Positions 25,951 through 40,873 of a DNA stretch of 64,000 nucleotides are shown here, in pieces (position 1 is the first letter of the stretch; every line of letters begins with the position of its first letter). The notes under the pieces were generated by a model. The model made no database searches. It worked only from the letters and a program-made list of their open reading frames with translations, and was not told the origin of the DNA. This DNA is from Eledone cirrhosa (Eukaryota), in assembly GCA_964016885.1 (NCBI GenBank), contig OZ024740.1, forward strand, positions 213,280,001-213,344,000. Reading direction: 5' to 3'. The position numbers were made by a program, and so were the translations under genes.

Positions 25951-27918
25951 GAACAAAAGATGGTTAAAGGAGTTCCATGTATTTTATTATGCGCATTTCA
26001 AAAACAAATATCATCATGCAATAATATTTGTGTTTTCATCAGATAAAACAGTAGGACATGATATGAAGGCTAAAAACACTTGTGGATAGTTCAGTTTTAA
26101 ATCAACATATGAGAAGTAGTTTTAGATTGATGTGATATTGGGAAAAATATTTTATTTAGAGGGGGGGGGGGGGATGAAAAAAAAGGAGGAGATGAGAGTG
26201 AAGGTGGAGAGGGAGGAGTATAGTGAGGAAGGATGAGATAGGAGGAGAGATGGGTGATAGAGAGGGATAGTTTTTATAACTGAGAAAGATATATTGTTTT
26301 ACATAGAGAGGTTGAAAACCGTTGGAAGATAATGTATAAATTAAAAGAATTTGAAAATTAACGAAGAGAAAAATATGTGCGAAGAAAGAGAAGGAGTTAA
26401 TATGTATTGAGAATAATGAGTTAGATGATAGGGAGAAAAGAATAATGAATTGCGGATGAATATTCTAACGTCAAAAAAAAAAATGTATATGTTTACGAAG
26501 GATTTTTATAAGGTGATATAGAGTAAGAATGTGTTGTATTATGTAATAATTGATTCTATGTTAGGCAAGAGTGAGAAAAGGTACAGATTAGGGGTTAGAT
26601 ATTAGAAGAGAAGAAAAGGAAGTGATAAATATGGGTGATGTAGAAAGGGTCAACAAGTATTATGGAAATTTGAAAATTAACGAAGAGAAAAATAATGTAA
26701 AGTTAAGATTTGTATATTGAAGGATTTGATAATATGTGCGAAGAAAAAGAAAATGTTAATATGTATTGAGAATAATGAGTTAGATGATAGGGAGAAAAGA
26801 ATAATGAATTGAGGATGAATAATCTGGCGTCAAAAAAAATGTATATGTTTACGAAGGATTTTACAAGGTGATATAGAGTAAGAGTAATGAGTAAACAAGT
26901 ATTATAGAATGTATAACCTTTGAAATAAGGTAGAAAGATGGGTATATTTTTAAAAGAAGTGTATATATATGTGCCTTTGAGAAAAAGATTCTAAATTGAT
27001 AAAGAATTGAATATTAGCTGTATACTTTGTGAAATGTTTTATGGAATTTATGCAAGCAGATAGAAAACAAGTCAGTGCGTCTATTTATTATAGAATCTAG
27101 ATTAGAGATAATGGTAAATTTTTCATTTAGACAGAGATTGCAGATTTTAGATAGAGAACTGTTCAAGTATGAAAACGCAGAAGAAACCTTCTTCCAAAAG
27201 ATGCTATATTTAATGTCTTTCAAGGACCATATGAGTTCTGAGAGAGCCGTGTTGGTTCTTTTAAGTTTGTATTTAAAAGATGAATGATGGTTATAAAGAC
27301 GAGCTTTAAAAGAGGTGGAAGTGGAGCCAAAATAGGTGAAGGAATTGGTGTCAGTTATAACTTTACATTCGTAAATTAAGTTTTTATCAAGACAATGGTT
27401 GTTGAGAGGACATTTATTTTTAATAGGGCAATTGCAATTGCAATTAGAGAGATTATTAATGAGTGACCTAGTGTTATCTATAGAAGGAATTGGATTGGAG
27501 AAGTTGTTTGCGATAGGAATAATAGTTTCTTGATTTAGAGTGGGATTATGAACATTTAGCGAAGTTGTGTTTGACGTTGTATTTGGGTTTGTAGAAATTA
27601 GCCTAGGGTTTACAATGACGTCGGGAGTACTATTATGAAATTCAGTGTTGGAAGGAAGAGATTTAGTATTTAGTATTTTATTGTTGTGTTTAGAGATAAT
27701 GTTGGAAATGTTGGAGGATGTAGAATAAGAAAATTTTATGGTGTGTTTGTTAAATATTTTACTATAGATATGTGAGGGAGGGAAGCATTTATTTAAGGCA
27801 CTAAAGAATAATTTAGGAATATTGTTATTAATAGAGATGGAGAAAGGAGCATTATACCAGATTATGTTTTTGTATCTAGGTCTTTTGTTAAAGTTATTGG
27901 AATGATCATGATTAATAT
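25951..27918 (-). mobile_element. Penelope-like element (Naiad-like), 5'-truncated, intact C-terminal GIY-YIG frame plus ~1 kb 3' region
   Basis: Manual translation is open from ~27900 to the stop at 27014: KNIIWYNAPFS..KCFPPSHIYSKIFNKHTIKFSYS..CNCPIKNKCPLNNHCLDKNLIYECKV..TYFGSTSTSFKARLYNHHSSF..TALSELIWSLK..CNLCLNEK; a hammerhead sits at the 3' end. Confidence 0.85.
25982..26048 (-). ncRNA. Minimal type I hammerhead ribozyme
   Basis: TTTTAT-CTGATGA-AAACACAAATATTAT(TGCATG)ATGATATTTGTTTTT-GAAA-TGCGCA-TA^ATAAAA: 6-bp stem I, long stem II, palindromic stem III, AUA cleavage triplet. Confidence 0.8.
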
Positions 27919-28341
27919 ATTATGTATACTCCAGTCCCACAAACTGTAGAGTGCTTCTTATCCGATATCTGCATTGCTTTATTGTACTACAATAAAACTC
28001 AACTCCTACATATATATATATATATATATACATACATATATACTCATATATATATATATATACATACATATATACATATATATATACACATATATATATA
28101 TATATATATACATACATATATACACATATATATATATATATATACATACATATATATACATATATATATATATATATACATACATATATATACATATATA
28201 TATATATATATACATACATATATATACATATATATATATATATATACATACATATATATACATATATATATATATATACATACATATATATACATATATA
28301 TACATACATATATATACATATATATATATATATATACATAC

Positions 28342-28372
<31 letters not shown>

Positions 28373-28377
28373 CATAC

Positions 28378-29078
<701 letters not shown>

Positions 29079-29128
29079 GTAACCCATTTGCAGCGCCGCA
29101 GCTCCATTATTATCATATATATATATAT

Positions 29129-29183
<55 letters not shown>

Positions 29184-29276
29184 TATGTATATATATATAC
29201 ACATACATATATATATACACATACATATATATATATATACATACATATATATATGTATACATACATATATACATAT

Positions 29277-29315
<39 letters not shown>

Positions 29316-29370
29316 CATATATATATATATACATACATATATATATATATATACATACATATATACATAT

Positions 29371-29453
<83 letters not shown>

Positions 29454-29473
29454 CATATATATATATACATACA

Positions 29474-29513
<40 letters not shown>

Positions 29514-29558
29514 CATACATATATATATATGTATATATACATACATATATATATATAT

Positions 29559-29596
<38 letters not shown>

Positions 29597-29600
<4 letters not shown>

Positions 29601-30425
29601 GAAAGGCAGGTTGTACGATGCCTGCATACGAACAGCAATGCTGCATGGCAGTGAGACCTGGGCATTGTGTGCAGAGGATATACGCAGACTAGAGAGGAAC
29701 GAAGCTTGCATGCTCCGCTGGATGTGTAACAGTAATATACGTGAACGGCAAAGCATAAACGAACTAAGGAAAAAATTAGAGATAAGAGGGATCAGATGTT
29801 GTTTACTCGAGAGAAGGCTACGTTGGTATGGACACGTGATGCGCATGAAAGTCGATAGCTGTATAACAAAGTGCAGGGCAATAAAGATAGACGGTAGTCA
29901 CGGAATAGGCAGACCTAGAAAAACCTGGGACGAGCTGATAAACTCCGACATCACACACTTACACCTCTCCAAGACAATGTCACTGGACCGAGACCTTTGG
30001 CGGTACTCAGTAACAGAGAAGACCCGCCTTACCTAAATATATAGTAAAACCTACTCCAGCCAGTAGGCATCTCTAACAAAATAAACCCGGTCCCACTACC
30101 CCCACCCCCACGCGATGCACACCACCCCGTTCTATGTAAAGTTATGTTGGTGCCGCGCCTTCGAGGCCGAAACAAATGAGATCGTGTAGGTGTCACGACA
30201 AAAAAACACACAGTCCACGCTGTAATGTGGCCGTGTAGGCAACACGGTAAAAACCTCCCAGACCCACACTGTAAATGTGGTTGGTGTTAGGAAGGGCATC
30301 CAACTGTAGAAAACCTGCCAGACAGTCCTATGCGAGCAAGACAATCACTCTTGCCTCAAGTGGGACTACCCCCGTCCAAACCCATGCAAGCGTGGAACAC
30401 GGACGTTAAACGTTGATGATGATGA
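29597..30425 (+). mobile_element. RTE family B 3' fragment
   Basis: [22 protein letters not shown]...EKTRLT*, 3'UTR and (GAT)n tail. Confidence 0.93.
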
Positions 30426-30505
30426 TATACATACATATATATATATATATATACATACATATATAGATATATATATACATACATATATACATATATATAA
30501 ATACG

Positions 30506-30545
<40 letters not shown>

Positions 30546-30696
30546 CACATACATATATATATATATATATATACACATACATATATATATACATACATAT
30601 ATATATATATGTATATATACATACATATATATATATATATACATATATATATATGTATATATACATACATATATATATATATATATATACATATAT

Positions 30697-30727
<31 letters not shown>

Positions 30728-30757
30728 CATACATATATATATATATATACATACATA

Positions 30758-30788
<31 letters not shown>

Positions 30789-30819
30789 TACATATATATA
30801 TATATATATATTACATATA

Positions 30820-30864
<45 letters not shown>

Positions 30865-30961
30865 ATACATATATATATATATATATACATACATATATAT
30901 ATATATATATACATACATATATATATATATATATACATACATATATATATATATATACATA

Positions 30962-31114
30962 CATCATCATCATCATCATCGTTTAACGTCCCTGTTCCAC
31001 GCTTGCATGGGTTTGGACGGGGGTTTTCCCACTTGAGGCAAGAGTGGTTGTCTTGCTCGCATAGGTCTGGCGGGTTTTCTACAGCTGGATGCCCTTCCTA
31101 ACACCAACCACATT

Positions 31115-31117
<3 letters not shown>
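30962..31117 (-). mobile_element. RTE family B extreme 3' fragment
   Basis: (CAT)n, then GTTTAACGTCCCTGTTCCACGCTTGCATGGG...CCAACCACATTTACA. Confidence 0.85.
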
Positions 31118-31150
<33 letters not shown>

Positions 31151-31326
31151 CATATATATATATATATATATACATACATATATATATATATATATATACA
31201 TACATATATATATATATATATACATACATATATATATATACATACATATATATATATACATACATATATATATATACATACATATATATATATACATACA
31301 TATATATATATATATATATACATACA

Positions 31327-31360
<34 letters not shown>

Positions 31361-31361
31361 C

Positions 31362-31392
<31 letters not shown>

Positions 31393-31405
31393 CATATATA
31401 TATAC

Positions 31406-31458
<53 letters not shown>

Positions 31459-31470
31459 CATATATATACA

Positions 31471-31504
<34 letters not shown>

Positions 31505-31515
31505 CATATATATAC

Positions 31516-31634
<119 letters not shown>

Positions 31635-31724
31635 TATATTTCATTTCATTTCATTTTACGTCCGCTTTTTCCTTGCTTGCAAGGGTGGGACAGGAACCGA
31701 TTCTGGCTTATATATATATATGTG

Positions 31725-31850
<126 letters not shown>

Positions 31851-31951
31851 CATATATATACATATATATATACATATATATATACATATATATATACATA
31901 TATATATATACATATATATATACGTATATATATATATACATATATATATAC

Positions 31952-32070
<119 letters not shown>

Positions 32071-32299
32071 CACATATATATATATATACACACATATATA
32101 TATATACATATATATATAATATATACATAGATATATATATACATATATATATAATATATACATAGATATATATATATATACATATATACATACATATATA
32201 TATATATACATATATACATACATATATATATATACATATATACATACATATATATATATACATACATATATATATATACACATATATATATATATATAT

Positions 32300-32362
<63 letters not shown>

Positions 32363-32512
32363 CATAAATATATACATAACGAAGGAAATGTGGTAAGGAA
32401 CCAGATGGACCATAACGCACCAAAGTACTCAATACTTAGAGTAGTAGAGTGGGTAATAGGAACAAGTAGGACCTACTCGTTCTTATATATACACATATAT
32501 ATATACATATAC

Positions 32513-32543
<31 letters not shown>

Positions 32544-32602
32544 CATATATATACATATATATATATATACATATATATATATACATATACATATATATAC
32601 AT

Positions 32603-33302
32603 ATCATCATCATCATCATCATCATCAACGTTTAACGTCCGTGTTCCACGCTTACATGGGTTTGGACGGGGGTAGTCCCACTTGAGGCAAGAGTGATTGT
32701 CTTGCTCGCATAGGACTGTCTGGCAGGTTTTCTACAGTTGGATGCCCTTCCTAACACCAACCACATTTACAGTGTGGGTCTGGGAGGTTTTTACCGTGTT
32801 GCCTACACGGCCACATTACAGCGTGGACTGTGTGTTTTTTTGTCGTGACACCTACACGATCTCATTTGTTTCGGCCTGGATGGCGCGGCACCAACATAAC
32901 TTTACATAGAACGGGGTGGTGTGGATGGGGTGGGGGTGGTGGCGGGACGGGGTGTAGTTTGTTAGAGATGCCTACTGGCAAGGCGGGTCTTCTCTGTTAC
33001 TGAGTACCGCCAAAGGTCACGGTCCAGTGACATTGTCTTGGAGAGGTGTAAGTGTGTGAGGTCGGAGTTTATCAGCTCATCCCATGTTTTTCTAGGTCTG
33101 CCTATTCCGTGGCTACCGTCTATCTTTATTGCCCTGCACTTTGTAATACAGCTATCGACTTTCATGCGCATCACGTGTCCATACCAACGCAGCCTTCTCT
33201 CGAGTAAACAACATCTGATCCCTCTTATCTCTAATTTTTTCCTTAGTTCGTTTATGCTTTGCCGTTCACGTATATTACTGTTACACATCCAGCGGAGCAT
33301 GC
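32603..33302 (-). mobile_element. RTE family B 3' fragment
   Basis: [25 protein letters not shown]...EKTRL, 3'UTR and tail; close to the reverse complement of 29707-30425. Confidence 0.93.
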
Positions 33303-33528
33303 ACATATATATATACATAAATATACATACATATATATATACATATATATATACATATACATATATATATACATACATATATATATATAAATATACATAC
33401 ATATATATATATATAAATATACATACATATATATATATATATGTATGTATATATATATATATATGTATGTATATATACATACATATATATATATATATGT
33501 ATGTATATATATATATATGTATGTATAT

Positions 33529-33589
<61 letters not shown>

Positions 33590-33628
33590 CATATATATAT
33601 ATATATACATATATATATGTATGTATAT

Positions 33629-33687
<59 letters not shown>

Positions 33688-33688
33688 C

Positions 33689-33719
<31 letters not shown>

Positions 33720-33773
33720 CATACATATATATATATATACATATAGATATATATACATATATATATATATACT

Positions 33774-33811
<38 letters not shown>

Positions 33812-33885
33812 CATACATATATATATATATATACATACATATATATACATATGTATATATATATATATGTATATATATACATATG

Positions 33886-33934
<49 letters not shown>

Positions 33935-34158
33935 GTATATACATATATATATATATACATATATATATACATACATATATATATATACATACATATAATA
34001 ACTAGAAATTGATTAACATATATAAACATGAATAATCACAGGAGATAATCTTTACAAGCGTGTAACCACGCATAGCAAGTTAGGTAACAAATAAATGGCA
34101 TGACACCCATAATTTCGATTAAATTCATTTAATTTATCTTAATTTTGGATATAGATAT

Positions 34159-34202
<44 letters not shown>

Positions 34203-34203
<1 letters not shown>

Positions 34204-34375
34204 TCATCATCATCATCATCATCAACGTTTAACGTCCGTGTTCCACGCTTGCATGGGTTTGGACGGGGGTAGTCCCACTTGAGGCAAGAGTGATTGTCTT
34301 GCTCGCATAGGACTGTCTGGCAGGTTTTCTACAGTTGGATGCCCTTCCTAACACCAACCACATTTACAGTGTGGG

Positions 34376-34376
<1 letters not shown>
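34203..34376 (-). mobile_element. RTE family B extreme 3' fragment
   Basis: Near-identical to 32605-32778. Confidence 0.88.
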
Positions 34377-34422
<46 letters not shown>

Positions 34423-34423
34423 C

Positions 34424-34489
<66 letters not shown>

Positions 34490-34746
34490 AGGGAGTCGTA
34501 GAGATGATCTTACAGCTATTCTAGGGCATTCTAAAACTTGGTGGAGCCTATCTCCTGAAAATGATAAAGAAATATACAGATAGAATTGACCCCAGTACTT
34601 GACTGGTACTTTTATCAACCTCTAATGGATGGAAAGCTAAGTTGGCCGTGGCAAGATTCGAACTCCGAGAGCAGAGACGGAACAAATCCTACAAAGCATT
34701 CTATCCGTTTTAACGACTCTGCCAATCTACTGCCTGTAATTCATTT

Positions 34747-34840
<94 letters not shown>

Positions 34841-34842
<2 letters not shown>

Positions 34843-35597
34843 ACTCTATATTGCAATCATAGACTCAAAGCTACGTTCTCGAAATACAAACCTGGCTTGA
34901 TTTGATCCTGCGACTTCTGCTTTCCTCTATCTTCCTTCTACCTCCTCTATCTGTCCCCATGGATTATTGCTATGCCTTCTATTGACCACATCTCCCCCAT
35001 TCAACATCTCCTCCTACATACTTTACAAGTCACTCGGCCTAATCTCCTCTGCCTCTATCTATCATAGATCATAAATCTATCAGCGTCTTCCATCACCCTA
35101 GCACACTCACAGTTGGACTAGTCCATATCTAGACTTCATTATCGTATTTTATCCTCCCCTCTGTTTTACCTCAACAACCATGAAAAACCCCCCTATCTCT
35201 CTCGTCTTTGTCACATCCTCCTTCTTCTCTACTTCAACTTCACATGAATTCCTATAAAAACCTGAACATTCTGGTACGGTAAATATAATCTCTGATGATA
35301 TGGAACCGATTGTGCATTGGATGTCGAATGCTCTACTAACTATATAATATTATAGATGCAGCGAGATCTAGGCAAATTGATGTCTATTGAAACGTACGTT
35401 AGAACCGAATAAATCTCTTTTACTGCATCTTTCTGTTCTTTTTGATTCTTTATACACGCCCCGGAGTATAGCTAAACTGGAATATACACCTATTTTCTGC
35501 AGTTCGTTGAGCACCACTCAGTTGTAAGCTGACCTTCCCCTACACGGTACATAACACTGTGTCCTGGAAAACCTTAATGCACTCGTGCATAACCAAT

Positions 35598-35598
<1 letters not shown>
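34841..35598 (+). mobile_element. Probable Penelope-like pLTR/3' fragment
   Basis: Pyrimidine-rich G-poor stretch, hammerhead motif, then AATAAA; no coding motif recognised. Confidence 0.45.
35277..35407 (+). ncRNA. Hammerhead ribozyme candidate with ~90-nt stem II
   Basis: CGGT..TCT-CTGATGA-TATGGA...TCTATT-GAAAC-GTAC-GTT^AGA-ACCG; bulged stem I, palindromic stem III. Confidence 0.55.
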
Positions 35599-35629
<31 letters not shown>

Positions 35630-35635
35630 ATATAT

Positions 35636-35809
<174 letters not shown>

Positions 35810-36016
35810 TACATACATATATATATATACATACATATATATATACATACATACATACATATATATATACATATATATATACATACATACATATATATAT
35901 ACATATATATATACATACATACATATATATATACATACATATATACATACATACATATATATATACATACATATATATATACATACATATATATATATAC
36001 ATACATATATATATAC

Positions 36017-36050
<34 letters not shown>

Positions 36051-36392
36051 ACATATATATATATATACATACATATATATATATACATACATATATACAT
36101 ATATATATATACACATACATATATATATATACATACATATATATATACATACATATATACATACATATATATATACATACATATATACATACATATATAT
36201 ATATATACATACATATATATATATATATATACATACATATATATATATATATATACATACATATATATATATATATATACATACATATATATATATATAT
36301 ATACATACATATATATATATATATATACATACATATATATATATATATACATACATACATATATATATATACATACATACATATATATATAT

Positions 36393-36425
<33 letters not shown>

Positions 36426-36426
36426 C

Positions 36427-36460
<34 letters not shown>

Positions 36461-36616
36461 ACATACATATATATATATATGCATACATACATATATATAT
36501 ACACATATATATATATGCATACATACATACATATATATACATAATATATATATATACATACATATATATATATATACATACATACATATATATATACATA
36601 CATACATATACATACA

Positions 36617-36648
<32 letters not shown>

Positions 36649-36664
36649 CATATACATACATACA

Positions 36665-36696
<32 letters not shown>

Positions 36697-36843
36697 CATA
36701 TACATACATACATATATATATACATACATATATATATATACATACATACATATATATACATACATACATATATATATACATACATACATATATACATACA
36801 TACATATATATATACATACATACATATATACATACATACATAT

Positions 36844-36916
<73 letters not shown>

Positions 36917-37429
36917 AAATGAATTACAGGCAGTAGATTGGCAGAGTCGTTAAAACGGATAGAATGCTTTGTAGGATTTGTTCCGTCTCTGCTCTCGGAG
37001 TTCGAATCTTGCCACGGCCAACTTAGCTTTCCATCCATTAGAGGTTGATAAAAGTACCAGTCAAGTACTGGGGTCAATTCTATCTGTATATTTCTTTATC
37101 ATTTTCAAGAGATAGGCTCCACCAAGTTTTAAAATGCCCTAGAATAGCTGTAAGATCATCTTTACGACTCCCTTGGGGGTTGCAGGACCACACATATATA
37201 TATATATGTAACTATAACTCTTTTGGTCAAAAGACACCTGTAAATTCTCCTGTTTGTTATAGCCTCTGTTGCATCTAACCAACAAAGCGTTCATCCAATG
37301 TTGTGCAACTGACACATTACAAGTGCAGTATCACAATGCACAAAACTGCACTACCAAACAATGTGGCTGACAAAATAAAGTTATGGCTGAATGTGCATAT
37401 ATATATATACACACACACACACATATATA

Positions 37430-37670
37430 TCATCATCATCATTTTACATCCGCTTTTCCTAGCTTGCAAGGGTGGGACATGTCCTCTTCAGCACAGCATC
37501 TCTCCATTCGCCACGGCCCTTCATTATCTCTGTGAGCTTCAGCAAACTGAGGTCAGCTGTCACCACCTCTGCTCATATTTTTTGTAGTCTTCCTCCACTG
37601 CATCTTCCTTCCACTGGGATTTCTTGGCACTTCTTCACCTAGCGGTCATCTTCCTTGCACATCACATGTA
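37430..37670 (-). mobile_element. Old RTE family A 3' fragment
   Basis: Diverged copy of 6190-6430 with a CAT tail. Confidence 0.8.
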
Positions 37671-37710
37671 TATATAAATATATACACACATATATATATA
37701 TATATATATA

Positions 37711-37890
37711 TCATCATCATCATCATCATTTTACGTCCGCTTTTCCCTGCTTGCAAGGGTGGGACCGGAACTGATACTGGCTTGATTTCTACAGCTGGAT
37801 GCCCTTCCTAACACCAACCTCATTTACAGTGAGTGCTGGGTGCTTTTTTGCCGTGGCACCTCCATGACCACTTTGCAGTGGAATGATAGG
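37711..37890 (-). mobile_element. Short SINE-like element with an RTE family A tail
   Basis: (CAT)n TTTACGTCCGCTTTTCCCTGCTTGCAAGGGTGGGAC joined to the TTTCTACAGCTGGATGCCCTTCCTAACACCAACC domain; same start at 31654-31710. Confidence 0.65.
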
Positions 37891-37919
37891 GACCCCATAT
37901 ATATATATACATATAAATA

Positions 37920-38180
37920 TCTAAGTCTAAATCTGTCTTGAGCCCGATGGCTCATCAGGCCAATGCTTATCCCAGTTTCCATGGCTACTGAAAGTACAAT
38001 ACCACCCCCTGGACAGGATGCCAGGAGGCCAGTCTATCACAGGGTTAAACTCCCAATTATTACTGGTACTCATTTTCAGTTGCGTATGGAGCAACATGAA
38101 ATGAAGTGTTTTGCTCAAGAACACAAAAGACAACCAGGAATGAGTTCAACACCCTTACCACTAGGCCACATACCTCCATA
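37920..38180 (-). mobile_element. tRNA-derived SINE (second family)
   Basis: Minus strand GGTATGTGGCCTAGTGGTAAGGGTGTTGAAC (A-box-like)..TTGTGTTCTTGAGCAAAACACTTCATTTCA; related to 62548-62670. Confidence 0.65.
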
Positions 38181-38274
38181 CATATATATATGTGTATATA
38201 CACACACATATGTATGCATATATATATAGACATTATATCCACAAACACATATATACACACAAATATATTCATCA

Positions 38275-38327
38275 GGGCTTCCTGATGAATTCTCCCGAAT
38301 GAAACAGTTCTAGTCCTGTAGAAGCCT
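38275..38327 (+). ncRNA. Complete type I hammerhead ribozyme
   Basis: GGGCTTC-CTGATGA-ATTC(TCCC)GAAT-GAAAC-AG(TTCTAGTC)CT-GTA^GAAGCCT: all three stems and the core are intact, GUA triplet. Confidence 0.85.
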
Positions 38328-38597
38328 TTTCTATATTAAATATATATATATATATACACACACACACTTCGCCTTAGTCATCATAGTTGATAAGACCTTC
38401 CATTTCTTTAACACAATTGAGTAAATGTTTTGAAATTTAGTATCATATAGAATCTTCTAATTTTCTAATTACCTCATAAATATCAAGACTTTCATAGAAG
38501 AAATAGAAGGTAAGTGTTCTATGATGATAGAGTTTTAGATATTATCATAGAAAAGATACTCCTGATGAACAGAAGTATACTATTATCTAAGTATTTC

Positions 38598-39520
38598 TTA
38601 GGTGGTGTATCTCATCTGCTGTACCCTGTTGATATCCACTACATCAGCCATTCCCACTACACCTCTGTCTAGGTGGTGTATCTGAACTGCTGAACCCTGT
38701 TGACACCCACTACATCAGCCATTCCCACTACACCTCTGTCTAGGTGGTGTATCTAAACTGCTGAACCCTGTTGACACCCACTACATCAGCCATTCCCACT
38801 ACACGTCTGTCTAGGTGGTGTATCTAAACTGCTGAACCCTGTTGACACCCACTACATCAGCCATTCCCACTACACCTCTGTCTAGGTGGTGTATCTAAAC
38901 TGCTGAACCCTGTTGACACCCACTACACATCTGTCTAGGTGGTGTATCTAAACTGCTGAACCCTGTTGACACCCACTACACCTCTGTCTAGGTGGTGTAT
39001 CTAAACTGCTGTACCCTGTTGACACTCACTACATCAGCCATTCCCACTACACCTCTGTCTAGGTGGTGTATCTGAACTGCTGAACCCTGTTGACACCCAC
39101 TACATCAGCCATTCCCACTACACCTCTGTCTAGGTGGTGTATCTGAACTGCTGAACCCTGTTGACACCCACTACACGTCTGTCTAGGTGGTGTATCTAAA
39201 CTGCTGAACCCTGTTGACACCCACTACATCAGCCATTCCCACTACACGTCTGTCTAGGTGGTGTATCTAAACTGCTGAACCCTGTTGACACCCACTACAT
39301 CAGCCATTCCCACTACACCTCTGTCTAGGTGGTGTATCTGAACTGCTGAACCCTGTTGACACCCACTACATCAGCCATTCCCACTACACCTCTGTCTAGG
39401 TGGTGTATCTAAACTGCTGAACCCTGTTGACACCCACTACATCAGCCATTCCTACTACACTTCTGTTTAGGAGGTGTATCTCATCTGCTGTACCCTGTTG
39501 ACATCCACTACATCAGCCAG
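38598..39520. repeat. 71-bp minisatellite (about 13-14 units; some 51-bp units lack 20 bp between CCCACTACA repeats)
   Basis: Unit TCTAGGTGGTGTATCTAAACTGCTGAACCCTGTTGACACCCACTACATCAGCCATTCCCACTACACCTCTG (38669 to 38740). Confidence 0.95.
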
Positions 39521-40462
39521 TCCACCTTCCTCAGGCAGAGTGCAGTCCCGCCACCACTACCACCAACTCTGGGGATTGATGGTGCCAAATTTCTCAACAG
39601 CAACTAGTATAAGAAAAGTCAGTCAAGTTCCAGTATTTAGTTATCTTCAGTCCCTTTGTGTTAGGGGCTGCAGTGTGACCAATGCTATAAGGTTGGAACC
39701 AGACAGTAGACATATGGTAATCCTAAAACAAAACAATTAACAATTTCTTTATAAACAGCCCCCCACCCAACCCTTACCAACAAAATATAATATCGGTGTC
39801 ATCATCATTTAAGGTGATATTTTGCATACTTGCATGGATTAGACGGGTTGTCCACATTATGAGGCAAGTCTGGCCAGTTGACCATGCCGTACCTTGTTCA
39901 AGTGGAACTGTATTTTGGCCATTTTTTTACAGCTTGATGCCCTTCCTAACACCAACCATGTTTAGGGTATGGAACTGGGTGGTCCCCATTACGAGATGGT
40001 CTGGCCAGATGGCTGTGCCGTACCCTGCTCATAGCAGAACCATATTTTGGGAGCTGGGTGGTTTTGTTATGAGAGGTGTCAGACCAGATGGCCTGGTTGT
40101 GTGATTTAGAAGCTCACATCACAGCCACGTGATTATAGATTCAATCTCATGTAATGACTCTACTTAAGCTGACTCTGTTGTGTGTGTGAGAGAGAGTGTG
40201 TCTGCATGCACCTTCACTTTGAATCTGACACCATTAGTGCAGGCAGTGACTTTTGTTCCTGCACTGTTTAACCAATATTTCTTGCAGCTCAGTAGTTCAA
40301 CATGTGAGGATCAATACCATACTTAAGTGTTGAAGTCATAGAATACTGCTTCAAAAAACTATCATCCAACCCATGCAAGCAAGGAAAAGTAGGCATAAAA
40401 ATGATGAAAAACTATAAAAATTACTTTTTTTTTAAATGCAAACCTCTATTTGATTAGATATA

Positions 40463-40800
40463 CAGTAGAACTTCGGTTCACAAACTTAATTCATTCCCGA
40501 AAGCCTTTCATCATCCAAAATATTTGTAAATCAAAACTATTTTTTCCATACGAAATGTTGAGAGAGAAATTCAGTGAGAGAGAGAGAGTGTGTGTCAAAG
40601 ACAGATAGTTATCACCATGTAACTAACTACATAGCAAGTGACACTTTCCCGCTGATACTCCCAGCTTGTTGCCAACCGTTGTTGCTGGCTTGCGTGTACT
40701 CAAGACACCGTTTATGAACTGAGACATTTTATATTCAGAAAAATTATTCATGAAGCAACTTATTCATAATGCGAGGCGTTTGTGAGCCAAGGCTCCACTG
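40463..40800. mobile_element. Tc1/mariner (pogo/Tigger-like) MITE
   Basis: TA|CAGTAGAACTTCGGTTCACAAAC ... GTTTGTGAGCCAAGGCTCCACTG|TA. Confidence 0.8.
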
Positions 40801-40873
40801 TATATCAATAAAAATCTGCAACAGATACAGGAAATAAATTGTAGTAAATAATCTTTTAAAATACTCAATTTAC

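Noticed and set aside
38560-38580. CTGATGAACAGAAG
   Set aside because: No hammerhead stems or GAAA; chance match.
39640-39745. Strong minus-strand acceptor TTTTGTTTTAG as possible CDK exon 3
   Set aside because: The downstream translation (ITICLLSGSNL...) has no kinase similarity and reaches a stop.
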